Source: an uncultured Candidatus Rokubacteria bacterium
Lineage (GTDB): Bacteria > Methylomirabilota > Methylomirabilia > Rokubacteriales > CSP1-6
Reading direction: 5' to 3'
Length of the DNA: 64,000 bases
NCBI GenBank assembly: GCA_963747235.1
Contig: CAVVEU010000017.1
Location: 1-64,000 of the forward strand
Made by a program: the position numbers and the translations under genes. The stretch's first letter is position 1, and each line of letters begins with the position of its first letter. Below the pieces are notes generated by a model. That model did not search any database and was not told the DNA's origin. It saw only the letters and a list, made by a program, of their open reading frames with translations. Shown here one piece after another: positions 63,694 through 64,000 of the stretch.

Positions 63694-64000
63694 TCATAGC
63701 CGTCGCCGGTCCGCGCAGACCGCCCCGCCCTTGTAGACCAGCTCGACGCGCGCCGGGATCCAGCAGCACGCTGATGTCGTCGAGCGGGTTGCCGTCGACC
63801 ACCACCAGGTCGGCCAGGCGTCCCTTCTCGATCGTGCCGACCTCGCGCTCGAGCCCCAGGCACCGGGCCGCCCACTGCGTGGCCGCGCGCAGCGCCTGCA
63901 TCGGCGACAGGCCCGCCTCGACCAGGTACTTGAGCTCGAGCGCGTTCTTCGGATGCCCGTGCCCGCCCGCGTCGGTGCCCGCCGCGATCGGCACGCCCAG
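63694..64000 (-). CDS. amidohydrolase family protein, C-terminal part (frameshift near 63755)
   Basis: AGTDAG, AGLSPMQALRAAT, GTIEKGRLADLVVVDGNPL. Confidence 0.85.
   Translation of the reverse strand, partial: WACRSRRAPTRAGTGIRRTRSSSSTWSRRACRRCRRCARPRSGRPGAWGSSARSARSRRDAWPTWWWSTATRSTTSACCWIPARVELVYKGGAVCADRRRL

Overview
Very GC-rich bacterial window densely packed with catabolic, redox and transport genes: LLM oxidoreductases, SMP-30 lactonases, a BVMO, LarA, TRAP and ABC transporters, a Rieske oxygenase and a Mo-hydroxylase large subunit. Gene content and repeats resemble Ca. Rokubacteria/Methylomirabilota, which is an inference. About a dozen genes carry single-base frameshifts, most likely long-read consensus errors. 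The main finding is hidden from the ORF track: an operon of TetR (NemR-like), haloacid dehalogenase, AhpC/TSA peroxiredoxin-like protein and OsmC-like protein (10449-12990). Both redox genes have an in-frame TGA at the catalytic Cys position (W-U-P-Y-C and AF-U-L...C), each followed by a SECIS-like hairpin with an apical GG about 20 nt downstream, so they look like two tandem selenoproteins behind a palindromic operator. Other unannotated items are a decayed tyrosine-integrase element bounded by direct repeats (31501-33301), an internally deleted Ada-AlkA pseudogene, a REP-like element inserted in-frame in an MFS gene, several intergenic repeats, and a cluster of microproteins with a shared palindromic site near 63.1-63.7 kb. 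No rRNA, tRNA or CRISPR array was seen.
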